Shown here in pieces: positions 29,084-38,929 of a DNA stretch of 64,000 bases. The translations under genes and the position numbers were made by a program. The notes beneath the pieces were generated by a model that made no database searches, was not told the DNA's origin, and worked only from the letters and a program-made list of their open reading frames with translations. The DNA is from an uncultured virus (IMG/VR IMGVR_UViG_3300032331_002637) (Duplodnaviria > Heunggongvirae > Uroviricota > Caudoviricetes): the IMG/VR virus record IMGVR_UViG_3300032331_002637, positions 1 through 64,000 of that record; one strand, written 5' to 3'. Position 1 is the first letter of the stretch, and every line of letters starts with the position of its first letter.

Positions 29084-31459
29084 ATGGCAGATTTTTTTGG
29101 TGATTTTGGTGACGAGGCCAAAAAATCTTTAAATAGAAAGATAGATTATCAAAGGGAAAAATTTCTAAAAGGGATTTCCACCTCTAAGCACGGAAAAAAA
29201 GAAGATCCTACATATTTACATTTTAGATTTATCTTTGATGAGGGTATTTCTGATCAGATAGATCCTGAGACATTTTTAGCACCATCTCCATTATTTAGCC
29301 CTTATAAAAATCCAGCTAAAGCTACAGGTGTTGAAGGTGCAACAGGAAATGCTGAGCAACCAACCCCGCCTTCTTTTGTAACAGGTGGTTCTAATTTCTT
29401 TTATCAATCTAAATTTCGAATTGATGGAATGGAAGGTTTTGGTGCTATTGACCCACAAGATGGATATGCTTATATGGGTGCTCAAGAATATTTATTTCAA
29501 AGATCTACACAAAGAAGAGATATGCTTAACGCATTCAGAAATGGATTTCTTTATATAAACAAAAATAGTCCATATTATTTTCAGAGCATATCTGGACTAG
29601 ATCAATTATTAAAATCTGATATAAAAAACATACACAAAGGAGCAAGTAAACCACAAAGAATGGGTACTTTATCAATAGATTGTTTAGAATCTATTGATAT
29701 GAGAATGTTTGCTCTTTCCGAACTTTACAGAAAAGCTATTTATGATTATAAATATCAAAGATCAATGCTTCCTGAGAATCTTAGAAAGTTTAGAATGTGG
29801 CTGGTTATAACGGAGATTAGAAATATACAATTAAGTTATGGAATTGGTGATGTGCTAAACCCTTTCTCTATACCTTCGGTTGCAAAAGCTGCTAATGCTT
29901 TAGATAGTTTTAATTCACAGACGGGATTTTTGGATAAAATATCCGGACTTAATCAAAAAAGTACAAACACAGAAAAAGCTCCTCCAGAAAATAATGCCTT
30001 AGGAACCGACGAGTTAGGGCCATATGCTTTTATTTATCAATTTGATCAATGTGAATTTGATTTTGATGATAGCTATCCATCATATTCCTCTATAGATAAT
30101 AAAGGAGGTTCAGCAGTGACTAGTAAATTTAAAATACATGTCGGCAGGGTTAAGGATTATAAAATACAATTCAATCAATTAGCCGATATTATCGGGAAAA
30201 ACGATAATGTAAAACAAATGGTTATTAATGACACCTGGGGATCTTTAGGTAGTAGTTATAGAGATTATGATTATGTAGGAACTCAAGGGATATCAGATCT
30301 TGTTATGGACGAAAATGATCCTGCTGGGTTTTTTAAAGAGATGGCTTCCAATTTTATAACTAATACTGTTGCAGATCTTAAGAATATAGGTGTTTCTAAA
30401 TTAGAAAATGCTTTACTAGGTAACATTTACGGATTAGGTGGATTAAATATAGCGTCAGCAGGAAGGAGTGCTTTTTCTGTAGCTAACACATTTAATGATC
30501 TTAAGAATAATGGAATACCTGATCCCAGAAAAGATAATTCACCTCAAGGACAAGGTCTAGGAGGACCAGGACAAAGACAATATCCCACTATCAACGAAGA
30601 TGCTTATACCGGAACTTCATCACAAAATAACGAAAATTTAGGAAATGTTTTAGGTGGTAGTACTAATCCTCCTGGTACATTATCTGGTGATGTTTATCCG
30701 AATGTTCCTGGTACAGATTTAGGTGGACCGGATAGGCAATATCCTTCAAATGATTCGGATGAGTATAATAATGTACCTGGGGCAGATTCGGGTGTACCCG
30801 GAAGAGTTTACCCGGTTCCTTCTGGAGATACATACCCCACTGTTCCTGGTACAGATTTAGGAGTACCTGATAGGCAATACACAACAAATGATTCGGATGA
30901 GTATAATAATGTACCAGGCACAGATTCGGGTGTTCCTGAAAGGGTTTACCCAATTCCTTCTGGAGATACCTATCCCACTGTTCCTGGTGCAGATTTAGGA
31001 GTACCTGATAGACAATATTCACAAGCAGGAGGAGATGAGTATACTAATGTCCCTGGCAGCGATTTGGGTGTGATAGGTAGGGTTTATGATGAACCAGTAG
31101 GCGATGTCTATTCTAATGTGCCCGGATCGGATTTAGGAGCACCTGATAGACAATATTCGCAAGCAGGAGGTAACGAATACCCAGAGGCTGAAATAGGAGT
31201 TGCCCCTAATTTTACTAAAGTATACCCAGATGCTGATAATAAATACCCTAAAGTAAATGACAGGGAATATAAAGATTCCATTAAAGAATTTAATGATAGT
31301 ATGGGTGATGTTTATAAAAATGTACCAGGACCAGATTTAGGGGGCAAAGGAAGAAACTACGAATCTATTAGGACGGATGAATATAAAGATATTCCCCCGC
31401 AGCCTCAAATTAATTTAGGAAGGACTTATACTAAATCTAATAATTCCGAAAACTCCTAA
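29084..31459 (+). CDS. Virion protein with tube-like N-terminal domain and C-terminal 23-aa tandem repeats
   Basis: TLSIDCLESIDMRM...YRKAIYD and YQFDQCEF tube-like strands; repeats YxxVPGxDxGxPxRxY. Confidence 0.55.
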   Translation: MADFFGDFGDEAKKSLNRKIDYQREKFLKGISTSKHGKKEDPTYLHFRFIFDEGISDQIDPETFLAPSPLFSPYKNPAKATGVEGATGNAEQPTPPSFVTGGSNFFYQSKFRIDGMEGFGAIDPQDGYAYMGAQEYLFQRSTQRRDMLNAFRNGFLYINKNSPYYFQSISGLDQLLKSDIKNIHKGASKPQRMGTLSIDCLESIDMRMFALSELYRKAIYDYKYQRSMLPENLRKFRMWLVITEIRNIQLSYGIGDVLNPFSIPSVAKAANALDSFNSQTGFLDKISGLNQKSTNTEKAPPENNALGTDELGPYAFIYQFDQCEFDFDDSYPSYSSIDNKGGSAVTSKFKIHVGRVKDYKIQFNQLADIIGKNDNVKQMVINDTWGSLGSSYRDYDYVGTQGISDLVMDENDPAGFFKEMASNFITNTVADLKNIGVSKLENALLGNIYGLGGLNIASAGRSAFSVANTFNDLKNNGIPDPRKDNSPQGQGLGGPGQRQYPTINEDAYTGTSSQNNENLGNVLGGSTNPPGTLSGDVYPNVPGTDLGGPDRQYPSNDSDEYNNVPGADSGVPGRVYPVPSGDTYPTVPGTDLGVPDRQYTTNDSDEYNNVPGTDSGVPERVYPIPSGDTYPTVPGADLGVPDRQYSQAGGDEYTNVPGSDLGVIGRVYDEPVGDVYSNVPGSDLGAPDRQYSQAGGNEYPEAEIGVAPNFTKVYPDADNKYPKVNDREYKDSIKEFNDSMGDVYKNVPGPDLGGKGRNYESIRTDEYKDIPPQPQINLGRTYTKSNNSENS
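30689..31171 (+). repeat. Seven tandem 69-bp (23-aa) repeats with a 138-bp higher-order period
   Basis: DVYPNVPGTDLGGPDRQYPSNDS / DEYNNVPGADSGVPGRVYPVPSG alternate; degenerate copies continue to about 31390. Confidence 0.92.
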
Positions 31460-31481
31460 TCAAAATTAACTATAATTTTAT

Positions 31482-32420
31482 ATGAGCTTAGTTAATAGAG
31501 AAAAATTAGAAAGACCAAATACGGAGATAACTCATTATTTAGGTGTTGTGGTCGATAATAAAGATCCAGAATTTAGAGGAAGAGCAAAGATACGTGTTTT
31601 TGGACTATTTGATCAAATAGAAGATGTGGATCTACCTTGGTCACATCAAAGATTTGAGATGAGCTACGGATTAGGCGGGGGATCTGGTAGAATATCTGTT
31701 CCTAAGTTAGGTTCAGTAGTTCATGTGCAATTTAATAATGGTAACTATTATAGTCCAGAATATAAAGCAGTACAGGAATTATCACCAGATTTAATAGATG
31801 AGATAAGAGTTAGTTATGATGGTGCTCATTCTCTTATATACGATGGTATAGAAAGATTAAAAATGTACTATACTGTAGAGAAAGGTCTTGTAATAGATTT
31901 GAAAGATTCTAAAATTATAATAAGGAATGATAATTCTATACTAATAACTCACGCAGATGATACAGCTTCAATAGAATTAAAAGGAGGTAAAATAACTAAA
32001 TATGCAGATCAAGAGATAGAGAATACTGCGGTTACTAGAATTAAACATTCTTCTGAAGAGGTTTGGATGGATGGTAAAACAACTAATCTTGGACACTCTC
32101 CTGTTTTTTCTGCTGTATGTGCAGAACCTCTTTGGGACTTCTTAAAAAAATTAGCTATATCAGTAGACAGTAAAATGCCAGCTACACCTGGTGTTAATTC
32201 AACACTAGCATCTAGCTTTGAACAATTAGCAACAAGCCAAACAGTAAGGGTTACTAGAGAAAATACACCAGATCTTCCTACTACGCCAGCACAGAATAAT
32301 ACTCCTGTATCATTACCTAATACTGGACCTACTGGAATATTAGGAATTACTGGATTAACTGGACCTAATGGAATAACTGGACCAAATGGAATAAACACTA
32401 CAGGAGCTACGGGAGGATAA
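31482..32420 (+). CDS. Baseplate central spike, gp5 N-terminal OB-fold / gpV-like, no lysozyme domain
   Basis: YLGVVVDNKDPEFRGRAKIRVFG, LPWS, SVPKLGSVVHVQFNNGNYYSPEY; beta-strand repeats; G-x-x tail. Confidence 0.88.
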   Translation: MSLVNREKLERPNTEITHYLGVVVDNKDPEFRGRAKIRVFGLFDQIEDVDLPWSHQRFEMSYGLGGGSGRISVPKLGSVVHVQFNNGNYYSPEYKAVQELSPDLIDEIRVSYDGAHSLIYDGIERLKMYYTVEKGLVIDLKDSKIIIRNDNSILITHADDTASIELKGGKITKYADQEIENTAVTRIKHSSEEVWMDGKTTNLGHSPVFSAVCAEPLWDFLKKLAISVDSKMPATPGVNSTLASSFEQLATSQTVRVTRENTPDLPTTPAQNNTPVSLPNTGPTGILGITGLTGPNGITGPNGINTTGATGG

Positions 32421-32421
32421 T

Positions 32422-35400
32422 ATGGCGAGTATAGAAAAAAGAATAGATAAGCTCCTTAGTAAGGATTTTACAACAGTTAGCTCTGATGAAATAATCAATA
32501 TAATAACTGACGGGAAAGTATCAAATTTACCTTATGATGATTTACAATCAGAAGAGGGATTTAATAAGGAACTTGAAAAAAATCAGAAAGAGGTAGAGAA
32601 TATATTAGCAAGCTTAGAACCACAGAAGCCTCCTATTTCTATGAAAATGATAGAGAAATTGGCTTGTAATTATGAAGGTGATGATTTGTACAGTGTTATA
32701 TTACTCGAATCTTTAAAAAAAGAAAAACCAAAATTATATAAAGAATTAATATCTTCTGACGAATTTAAAAATAATTCTGCAATAACAGAGAAAGATCTTG
32801 GAGTAACTGTAACTAATACTAAATCTTTTAAATACCAATACAAAATACCTTCTTCGGGTATTATTAAATTTCTTGAGGCAAAAAATCCCGATTTTTTAGA
32901 AATTGCTAATGAGAAAATTTTTGATAATATGGATCCTTTATTGTTAGGTAAACCTTCTAATTCGGGAGCCAGAAAGAAAAGAGAAATGAATGTGCTTGGA
33001 TTTAAAATTCCTTTGGAATTTATAATGTCTGGTAAAAAAGTAGTACATGTTAAAATAGGAAGTGAAAAACAAACTAAAAAAGAAGCTTTAGATAAGATCA
33101 ATAGCGTACTAGATAAACAATATAAGAATTCAAAGCCTTGTGATTTTGAAGGTCTTGGTGAAAATATTAGATCAGAAAGATCAGAAAGATTAGATGACTA
33201 TGATTCAAATTTCTTTCCTGATGGTGATGACCCTATATTAGATGATGATTGTTTACCCGGTGTTCCTGAAGATCCTATTACAGGAGATCCTATAGTAACA
33301 GCGGATACATTTAACAACTTAACTGAAGATTTTTGTGATCCTCCCGAATACGATTTTACAGATGCTAATGGAGATGAATTAGATCCAGTAGGTAATCAAG
33401 TTGATGTGGATGCAATAGATGCTTGTATAGATTCGGCATTAAAAAAATCCAAAAAGATTGAAGACGATAGCAAACTATTAGCTAGATGGAATCTTATTGA
33501 AAGAAGTTTAGAAGAAATATTTTATCACTACGAAATAATATATGAGTATCAAAAGACATTATCAGAAAACTGGAGAAATAGAATTCCTGTGAATCCAGGA
33601 GGTGGTCCTAGTAATCTTGATCTTGCAATTAGTATATTAACATATAATGATACCATAAAAGAAATTGATAAAGATATTGCTGATCAGAAACAAAAAAATG
33701 ATGCGGACAAGAAAAATTTTATTCAAGAGAACGACATATTTACTGAGGATATTTTTCTTTTAAGTGGACTTGACACTGAATTAAATACGATAGAATTAAC
33801 TAATCTATTTAACTATCAAATACAGGCTAATAAATCACCTATACGTTATGATTCAACAACACAATCATGGCCAGTTTCTGAAGGTGTTAGTGATTTTCAA
33901 AAAAATGTAGAGTCAATAAGAGTTATATTAATAGAGAAAGGATTTATATCTAATTTAATAAATGATAGAGATCAGAAGGTTTCTTTAAGAGATGCTGACC
34001 TTGTCACTTTAAAAAATAGACTAGGCAGAAATGTAACATATAATGATCTTGAGAGTGGATTCACGTCTGGCAGTTCAGTAGCTACAGAAACATCAGGTTC
34101 TAGTGGATCATCAGGCTCAAGTGGTACTTCAGGTTCTTCAGGAACTAGTGGTAGCTCAGGTTCAAGTGGAACAGACAATACAGCTGAAAGGGTTTTTAAA
34201 AGTGCTTTGGTTAATGGAACATCTGCTAATACTTATGATTCTTATGGATATGAATTTTTAGAAAAATTAAAAGAATTCTCTGTAAGATTTAAAAAAGTAG
34301 AATTTAATAACAGCTTAGGAGAATTACAATTTGAGCTTTCTTTTATGACAGATTATGGGCGTCCGCTTCCGTATGAGATAGTAGAAAAACCAGCACCCAT
34401 ATCTTTTAAAAATAAAGTGACTAAGCCTATGAGCAAAGTTTCTGAGCCTGATATAAAGAAAATAAAGATTGGTAACGAATATGCAGGTAATGGTGGATTA
34501 TTAGCTAATACATCTCCTTCTTATTTAAAAAGCTATAAATTCATAAAAATAAATAACATTAAAACAGTAGAACCCGATATTGCTAATTTTTATGATTTCA
34601 TTGAGACTATCATAAAAAAAGATGATAGCAAATCAGCAATAATTAAAAAAATAGTTGATGATAGAGGTATTTTATACGGGCAACTTATAGAAAAATCTGC
34701 TTCTCCTTGGTTATTTTTTACAGCTGAAGAAAGAGGAGATAACGATTCTAGAGATCCTGCAAAAACTAGACCTTCCAGTTTTACTAAAGACGGTGACCCA
34801 AATAAAACTTTTACTGATTTTTGGGGAAAATTTAAAGATAAATGGGACAGTAAATATAAGGAGAATAAAACAAGATATATTGATCCTGCAATGGTAGCAT
34901 TAAAAAATGAAGCTAGAAAAGCAGGGGAAGGCTTGGGTAAGACATTGCCGACTAGTGATGCTATAGGAGTTAGAATATTCGAAAACTATTTCGATGTTAA
35001 ACAAAAATACGAGCAAATTCAGTACATTATATTATATGTAGCACAAAAAAGAGCTGAGATAGAAGGATCTTTAAGTCCTGAGAATTTGAGTAAATCTTTC
35101 TCTGATGTTAAATGCTCAGGAGGAGATGGACAAGGAAATGGGGATGATCCAGAAAACTGCCCACCTAAATGTTGTGGACCTGCTGGTACGGATTTTAATT
35201 CTGAAAATTATTTAACTTCTGCAGGACCAAGTTCAGATTGCCCTACGATGTATCAAAAATGCTGGTGGAAGCAATTCTGTAAAGATTTAACAAAAGTCGG
35301 CTTGCTTCCTTATCCTAACGGATTACCTCCTATTGAAGATCCTAAGTATTTCTTGGCAGCTGGTCCTAGTGTTAGATTGGGATTGAAATATTGGCCTGTA

Positions 35401-37593
35401 GGATATTTACCTCCTGCATTTATTCCTATACCTTTTGCTAATCCAGTAGACGGACTTCCTTATATAAGAATTCCGTTACCTATGATATGGACAACTATAC
35501 CACCTATACTTATTCCTTTGCCATTTAATTTAGGTATAATTGTTATATTCATTCCCCTAATAGGCGGATTTATGCCTACACCTCTAGTTTATATAAAGGA
35601 ATTTATTTTTGGTAACTCTTTATTTCTTACTGGAATAAGAGGACCTAGATTTATACCAAGAAAATCTGATCCACAAATAAAAGATTCATTAGAAAAAATT
35701 AAACAAGCTCTTAGCTTTGGTATTCCTGACAAGTTAATTCCTTTACCTGGATTTGGATTAGATAATCTGGATTCAGCTACTAGGGTTTTAGGAGATATAC
35801 AAGGAAATTTAACTAAGATTTTTGATAGTGTTCCTCCTCCTGGTAATATACAGGCTTTAAGAGATTTACAAGGAATGGAGAGGGGTTTAAAAGAAGCAAT
35901 TAGGGAAAAAAAGAGAGATTATGATAAAAAATATGCTCTTATAGATCTTCCTGCTCCTAATTTTGAAGAAGACAATGAAAAATTAAAAGAATTAATTAGG
36001 GAGAGAAAGAATGTACTTAAAAAAGTAATTAATGAATATATTGATAAAGGTATACCTAATCCTAAATCTATTTATTTTCCTAAGGACAAGGATAAATTAA
36101 AGATAGACATTCCAGGTATTATTAAGTCTTTAAGAATACTAAAGGAGATGCGAGCAAGCTTTATACCTACTCATTGCTCAGATTATATAAATTTTAAAGA
36201 TGAAATGAGGGAGATCTTAAAGTTAATGAAGATAATTTGTCCCCCAAAATATTTCTTAGAAAATCAAGAAGTTTCCAATGTTAATAAGATATTTCTTAGA
36301 ATAGAGAAAGACCCTAGATTAATGAATGAGGATGAGTTTTCTGAGCTAGTTAAAGAAATAAAAGGTGTCTCATTAATTATTACTAATATAATATTAAGAG
36401 GTAATAAATTTTCAGTGATTAAAAAAATGAGAAAAGGTGCTTTCTCTATAATAGATGACTGCGGTTATCAGGGAAATTTTTTATTCCCTCCTATAAAAAT
36501 AACAAATTCTGCACCTAAGGCATTAAAGTTCATAAATGTAAAAAACCCAATAATAGAAGCTATTTATCTTAGACTGATGGCAGGAATGTCAAAGGCTCAA
36601 TATAAACCTGAGGACTTTGCAAAATATGTAAGGTATAATGGAGAAACCCCTTTATTAGTTATAAGGGTTAAGGATCTTAAAAAACTAGTAGCTAAAAAGC
36701 TAGGATTAAGTAAAAGAGGACCTTTTGATTCAGAAAGACCCTTAGATAAAGAAGAACCCCTAATTTCTAAATTCCCACACCCGGAAGGACCTTTATGTTG
36801 TTTGGAATCTTTAAATGGTGGATTCGGTAATGCTGTTGCTGCATTTGAACTTCCCACAGTATTCCCCCTTAAACAAGATCAGATTTCACAGACTCCTGGA
36901 TTAGGGGGAATGATTCAGGTAACCATACCGGGTAAGGTGATTAAGTCATTTATAAAAGAATCAATAATTAAATTAATAGATAATGGTCTATTGGAAAAAA
37001 TGATACCTGAAATAAATGATCCTCTATCTCCTAAATTTATAAATATGGATCCTTCGGATATTCAGAAGATAACTAGGAATATAGTTAGAGATTTATTTAA
37101 CCCAGATTCTCCCGACATACCTAAATTTTTAAATATTATTAAAGCACCGCCATTTCCTTTGGCAAGACCTACTGACATGGTAGAACAAGCGTTAATAGGT
37201 TTGGGTGCACCTCCTGCTGCTAGAATAGTTTTTAATAATTTTTGGAAGTATTACAAATCTTTGCCTAAGACTCCTTTGGGTGATATAATAACGCTTCCTG
37301 CAATAGAGTTATCTGCTAGTATATTAAATAAAATTCCTTGGCCTTTAACAGTACTTATTGGAAGAAGTGTAGTGAATTTACTAAATCCAATAGCTATGTC
37401 TGACGATCATCCAGTATGGAGAAGAATGAGTCTTAAAAATGTTTATTATGTTATTTACTTGGATGAATTTTTAAGAAGCGCTGCTGATGTATCTGGGCTA
37501 TTTAAGTTCTTTTTAGGATCAGCGGATCCAGTATACCCTATACCAGAATTTCCATCAGAGCTTAAAAAAGCATTAAACATAAAAAAATATTAA
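32422..37593 (+). CDS. 1723-aa putative virion/baseplate-associated protein
   Basis: Directly after the spike gene; coiled-coil-like stretches, SG repeat, Cys cluster, Pro-rich hydrophobic segment. Confidence 0.6.
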   Translation: MASIEKRIDKLLSKDFTTVSSDEIINIITDGKVSNLPYDDLQSEEGFNKELEKNQKEVENILASLEPQKPPISMKMIEKLACNYEGDDLYSVILLESLKKEKPKLYKELISSDEFKNNSAITEKDLGVTVTNTKSFKYQYKIPSSGIIKFLEAKNPDFLEIANEKIFDNMDPLLLGKPSNSGARKKREMNVLGFKIPLEFIMSGKKVVHVKIGSEKQTKKEALDKINSVLDKQYKNSKPCDFEGLGENIRSERSERLDDYDSNFFPDGDDPILDDDCLPGVPEDPITGDPIVTADTFNNLTEDFCDPPEYDFTDANGDELDPVGNQVDVDAIDACIDSALKKSKKIEDDSKLLARWNLIERSLEEIFYHYEIIYEYQKTLSENWRNRIPVNPGGGPSNLDLAISILTYNDTIKEIDKDIADQKQKNDADKKNFIQENDIFTEDIFLLSGLDTELNTIELTNLFNYQIQANKSPIRYDSTTQSWPVSEGVSDFQKNVESIRVILIEKGFISNLINDRDQKVSLRDADLVTLKNRLGRNVTYNDLESGFTSGSSVATETSGSSGSSGSSGTSGSSGTSGSSGSSGTDNTAERVFKSALVNGTSANTYDSYGYEFLEKLKEFSVRFKKVEFNNSLGELQFELSFMTDYGRPLPYEIVEKPAPISFKNKVTKPMSKVSEPDIKKIKIGNEYAGNGGLLANTSPSYLKSYKFIKINNIKTVEPDIANFYDFIETIIKKDDSKSAIIKKIVDDRGILYGQLIEKSASPWLFFTAEERGDNDSRDPAKTRPSSFTKDGDPNKTFTDFWGKFKDKWDSKYKENKTRYIDPAMVALKNEARKAGEGLGKTLPTSDAIGVRIFENYFDVKQKYEQIQYIILYVAQKRAEIEGSLSPENLSKSFSDVKCSGGDGQGNGDDPENCPPKCCGPAGTDFNSENYLTSAGPSSDCPTMYQKCWWKQFCKDLTKVGLLPYPNGLPPIEDPKYFLAAGPSVRLGLKYWPVGYLPPAFIPIPFANPVDGLPYIRIPLPMIWTTIPPILIPLPFNLGIIVIFIPLIGGFMPTPLVYIKEFIFGNSLFLTGIRGPRFIPRKSDPQIKDSLEKIKQALSFGIPDKLIPLPGFGLDNLDSATRVLGDIQGNLTKIFDSVPPPGNIQALRDLQGMERGLKEAIREKKRDYDKKYALIDLPAPNFEEDNEKLKELIRERKNVLKKVINEYIDKGIPNPKSIYFPKDKDKLKIDIPGIIKSLRILKEMRASFIPTHCSDYINFKDEMREILKLMKIICPPKYFLENQEVSNVNKIFLRIEKDPRLMNEDEFSELVKEIKGVSLIITNIILRGNKFSVIKKMRKGAFSIIDDCGYQGNFLFPPIKITNSAPKALKFINVKNPIIEAIYLRLMAGMSKAQYKPEDFAKYVRYNGETPLLVIRVKDLKKLVAKKLGLSKRGPFDSERPLDKEEPLISKFPHPEGPLCCLESLNGGFGNAVAAFELPTVFPLKQDQISQTPGLGGMIQVTIPGKVIKSFIKESIIKLIDNGLLEKMIPEINDPLSPKFINMDPSDIQKITRNIVRDLFNPDSPDIPKFLNIIKAPPFPLARPTDMVEQALIGLGAPPAARIVFNNFWKYYKSLPKTPLGDIITLPAIELSASILNKIPWPLTVLIGRSVVNLLNPIAMSDDHPVWRRMSLKNVYYVIYLDEFLRSAADVSGLFKFFLGSADPVYPIPEFPSELKKALNIKKY
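34093..34173 (+). repeat. (S-G-S/T)n triplet repeat, Gly every third residue
   Basis: SGSSGSSGSSGTSGSSGTSGSSGSSGT encoded with varied synonymous codons. Confidence 0.9.
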
Positions 37594-37600
37594 AAACTTG

Positions 37601-37629
37601 GAAATTTTATCTACTCTTAATACTAAAAT
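37601..37629 (+). promoter_or_regulatory. GAAAY-N18-TAWAAW putative promoter of the S1 gene
   Basis: GAAAT at 37601, TAAAAT at 37624. Confidence 0.5.
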
Positions 37630-37649
37630 AAATACAAACTCTAAATAAA

Positions 37650-38759
37650 ATGAAAAATAAAAATTTTAGCTGCTTTGAATATGAAGCAAATGAAAGAGAA
37701 AGATTGAAAAATCTTTATTCTGAAACTTTCCCTGAGACAGACACAAAGATGTCAGGTAAAGATTTACAAGAGAATAGCTCAGAAAGAATTGTAGTTACTG
37801 GATATGATAGCGAAAAAGGAGTAGCATTAGGCGAAACTGCATTCGGACAAACAATTATAATCGATACAAAGAAGGAAGAAAAGCATATGAGAAAGCTTGG
37901 GTATCCTGCTATAGAAATTATACCAGGACAGGTTCTTGATGTTGTTATTCACAAAGATGCCTCGGGATCATTCAACGGATCTGTTTCAGCAGGATATGAG
38001 AAAGCTTTAAAAATAGAATTGCATAGATCTATTAGAGAAGAAGACTGCGCATTTAAAGTGAAGGTTAAAAATGTTTGTAATGGAGGATTTATAGTTGATC
38101 TTTCAGGTATTGAATGCTTCTTACCTGGTAGTTTAGCTGCTGCTAATAGAATCATGAACTTTGCTGATTATGTTGGAAAAGATCTCACTGTTATGATAGA
38201 GATATACGATCAAAAGAGAGATATTTTTGTTGTATCGTTTAAAAAATATCTTAAAAAGATTATTAATTCTGAAGTGAAAAATCTTTCATTCTCTAAAAAA
38301 TATGAAGGTAAAGTTACAGGAGCTTCTGGAAATAATATTTTTGTTGAATGGGAAGAAATCTATACAGGTATTATTTCAATTGACGAAAACAACAGAACAA
38401 AATTAGAAGCTTTACAAACAGGGGATTTAGTTGAATTTTATGTTGTAGATATTAAAAATCCGCAAAGAATAGGTCTTTCTATTTTAGAACCTAATGATAA
38501 GTTAAAGAATATTCAAAATTTAAAAGATACCTCATCTCAAGTTTTAGGCGAAAATACTGAATTAAAAACTTACAAAGCAGAGATTACTAAATTAAAGACA
38601 TTTGGTGTGTTCGTTAAAATCGAGAATGGTCTATCCGGACTTATCGAAAAAGAAAAATTGGTAAAAGATATTAAAGACTACGAAGTTGGTCAATCTGTTA
38701 ATTGTTCAATATCGAGTGTAGATACAGCTACTCTTAAAATACAATTGACCGAGGTTTAA
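37650..38759 (+). CDS. rpsA: Phage-encoded ribosomal protein bS1 homolog (about 4 S1 domains)
   Basis: GGFIVDLSGIECFLPGSL...YVGKDL...FVVSFKK matches bS1 domain 2; KLKTFGVFVKIENGLSGLI...YEVGQSV is a canonical S1 domain. Confidence 0.82.
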   Translation: MKNKNFSCFEYEANERERLKNLYSETFPETDTKMSGKDLQENSSERIVVTGYDSEKGVALGETAFGQTIIIDTKKEEKHMRKLGYPAIEIIPGQVLDVVIHKDASGSFNGSVSAGYEKALKIELHRSIREEDCAFKVKVKNVCNGGFIVDLSGIECFLPGSLAAANRIMNFADYVGKDLTVMIEIYDQKRDIFVVSFKKYLKKIINSEVKNLSFSKKYEGKVTGASGNNIFVEWEEIYTGIISIDENNRTKLEALQTGDLVEFYVVDIKNPQRIGLSILEPNDKLKNIQNLKDTSSQVLGENTELKTYKAEITKLKTFGVFVKIENGLSGLIEKEKLVKDIKDYEVGQSVNCSISSVDTATLKIQLTEV

Positions 38760-38787
38760 TATTAATATTTAATAATATTTTTGAATT

Positions 38788-38820
38788 AGAGTTTTACTTA
38801 TAAGTAAAACTCTTTTTTTT
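38788..38820 (+). terminator. Rho-independent terminator after the S1 gene
   Basis: AGAGTTTTACT-TATA-AGTAAAACTCT inverted repeat followed by a T run. Confidence 0.85.
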
Positions 38821-38929
38821 GTGATTATCTAGAGGTAATTTATTATCGTTTTTAATTGATAATACAAATAAGAAATAAAGATATAAAAAGCTAAAAGGGT
38901 TTATCTTTTCTTTTACGAATATATAGTAT

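Noticed and set aside
30689..31171. Possible CRISPR array or DGR template/variable repeat pair
   Set aside because: Repeats are in-frame coding units with mostly synonymous differences; no cas or reverse transcriptase gene in the window
38821..38929. tRNA or structured ncRNA in the larger intergenic gaps (also 3089-3243 and 41568-41674)
   Set aside because: AT-rich, with no cloverleaf or T-loop signature visible by eye; a covariance-model scan was not run
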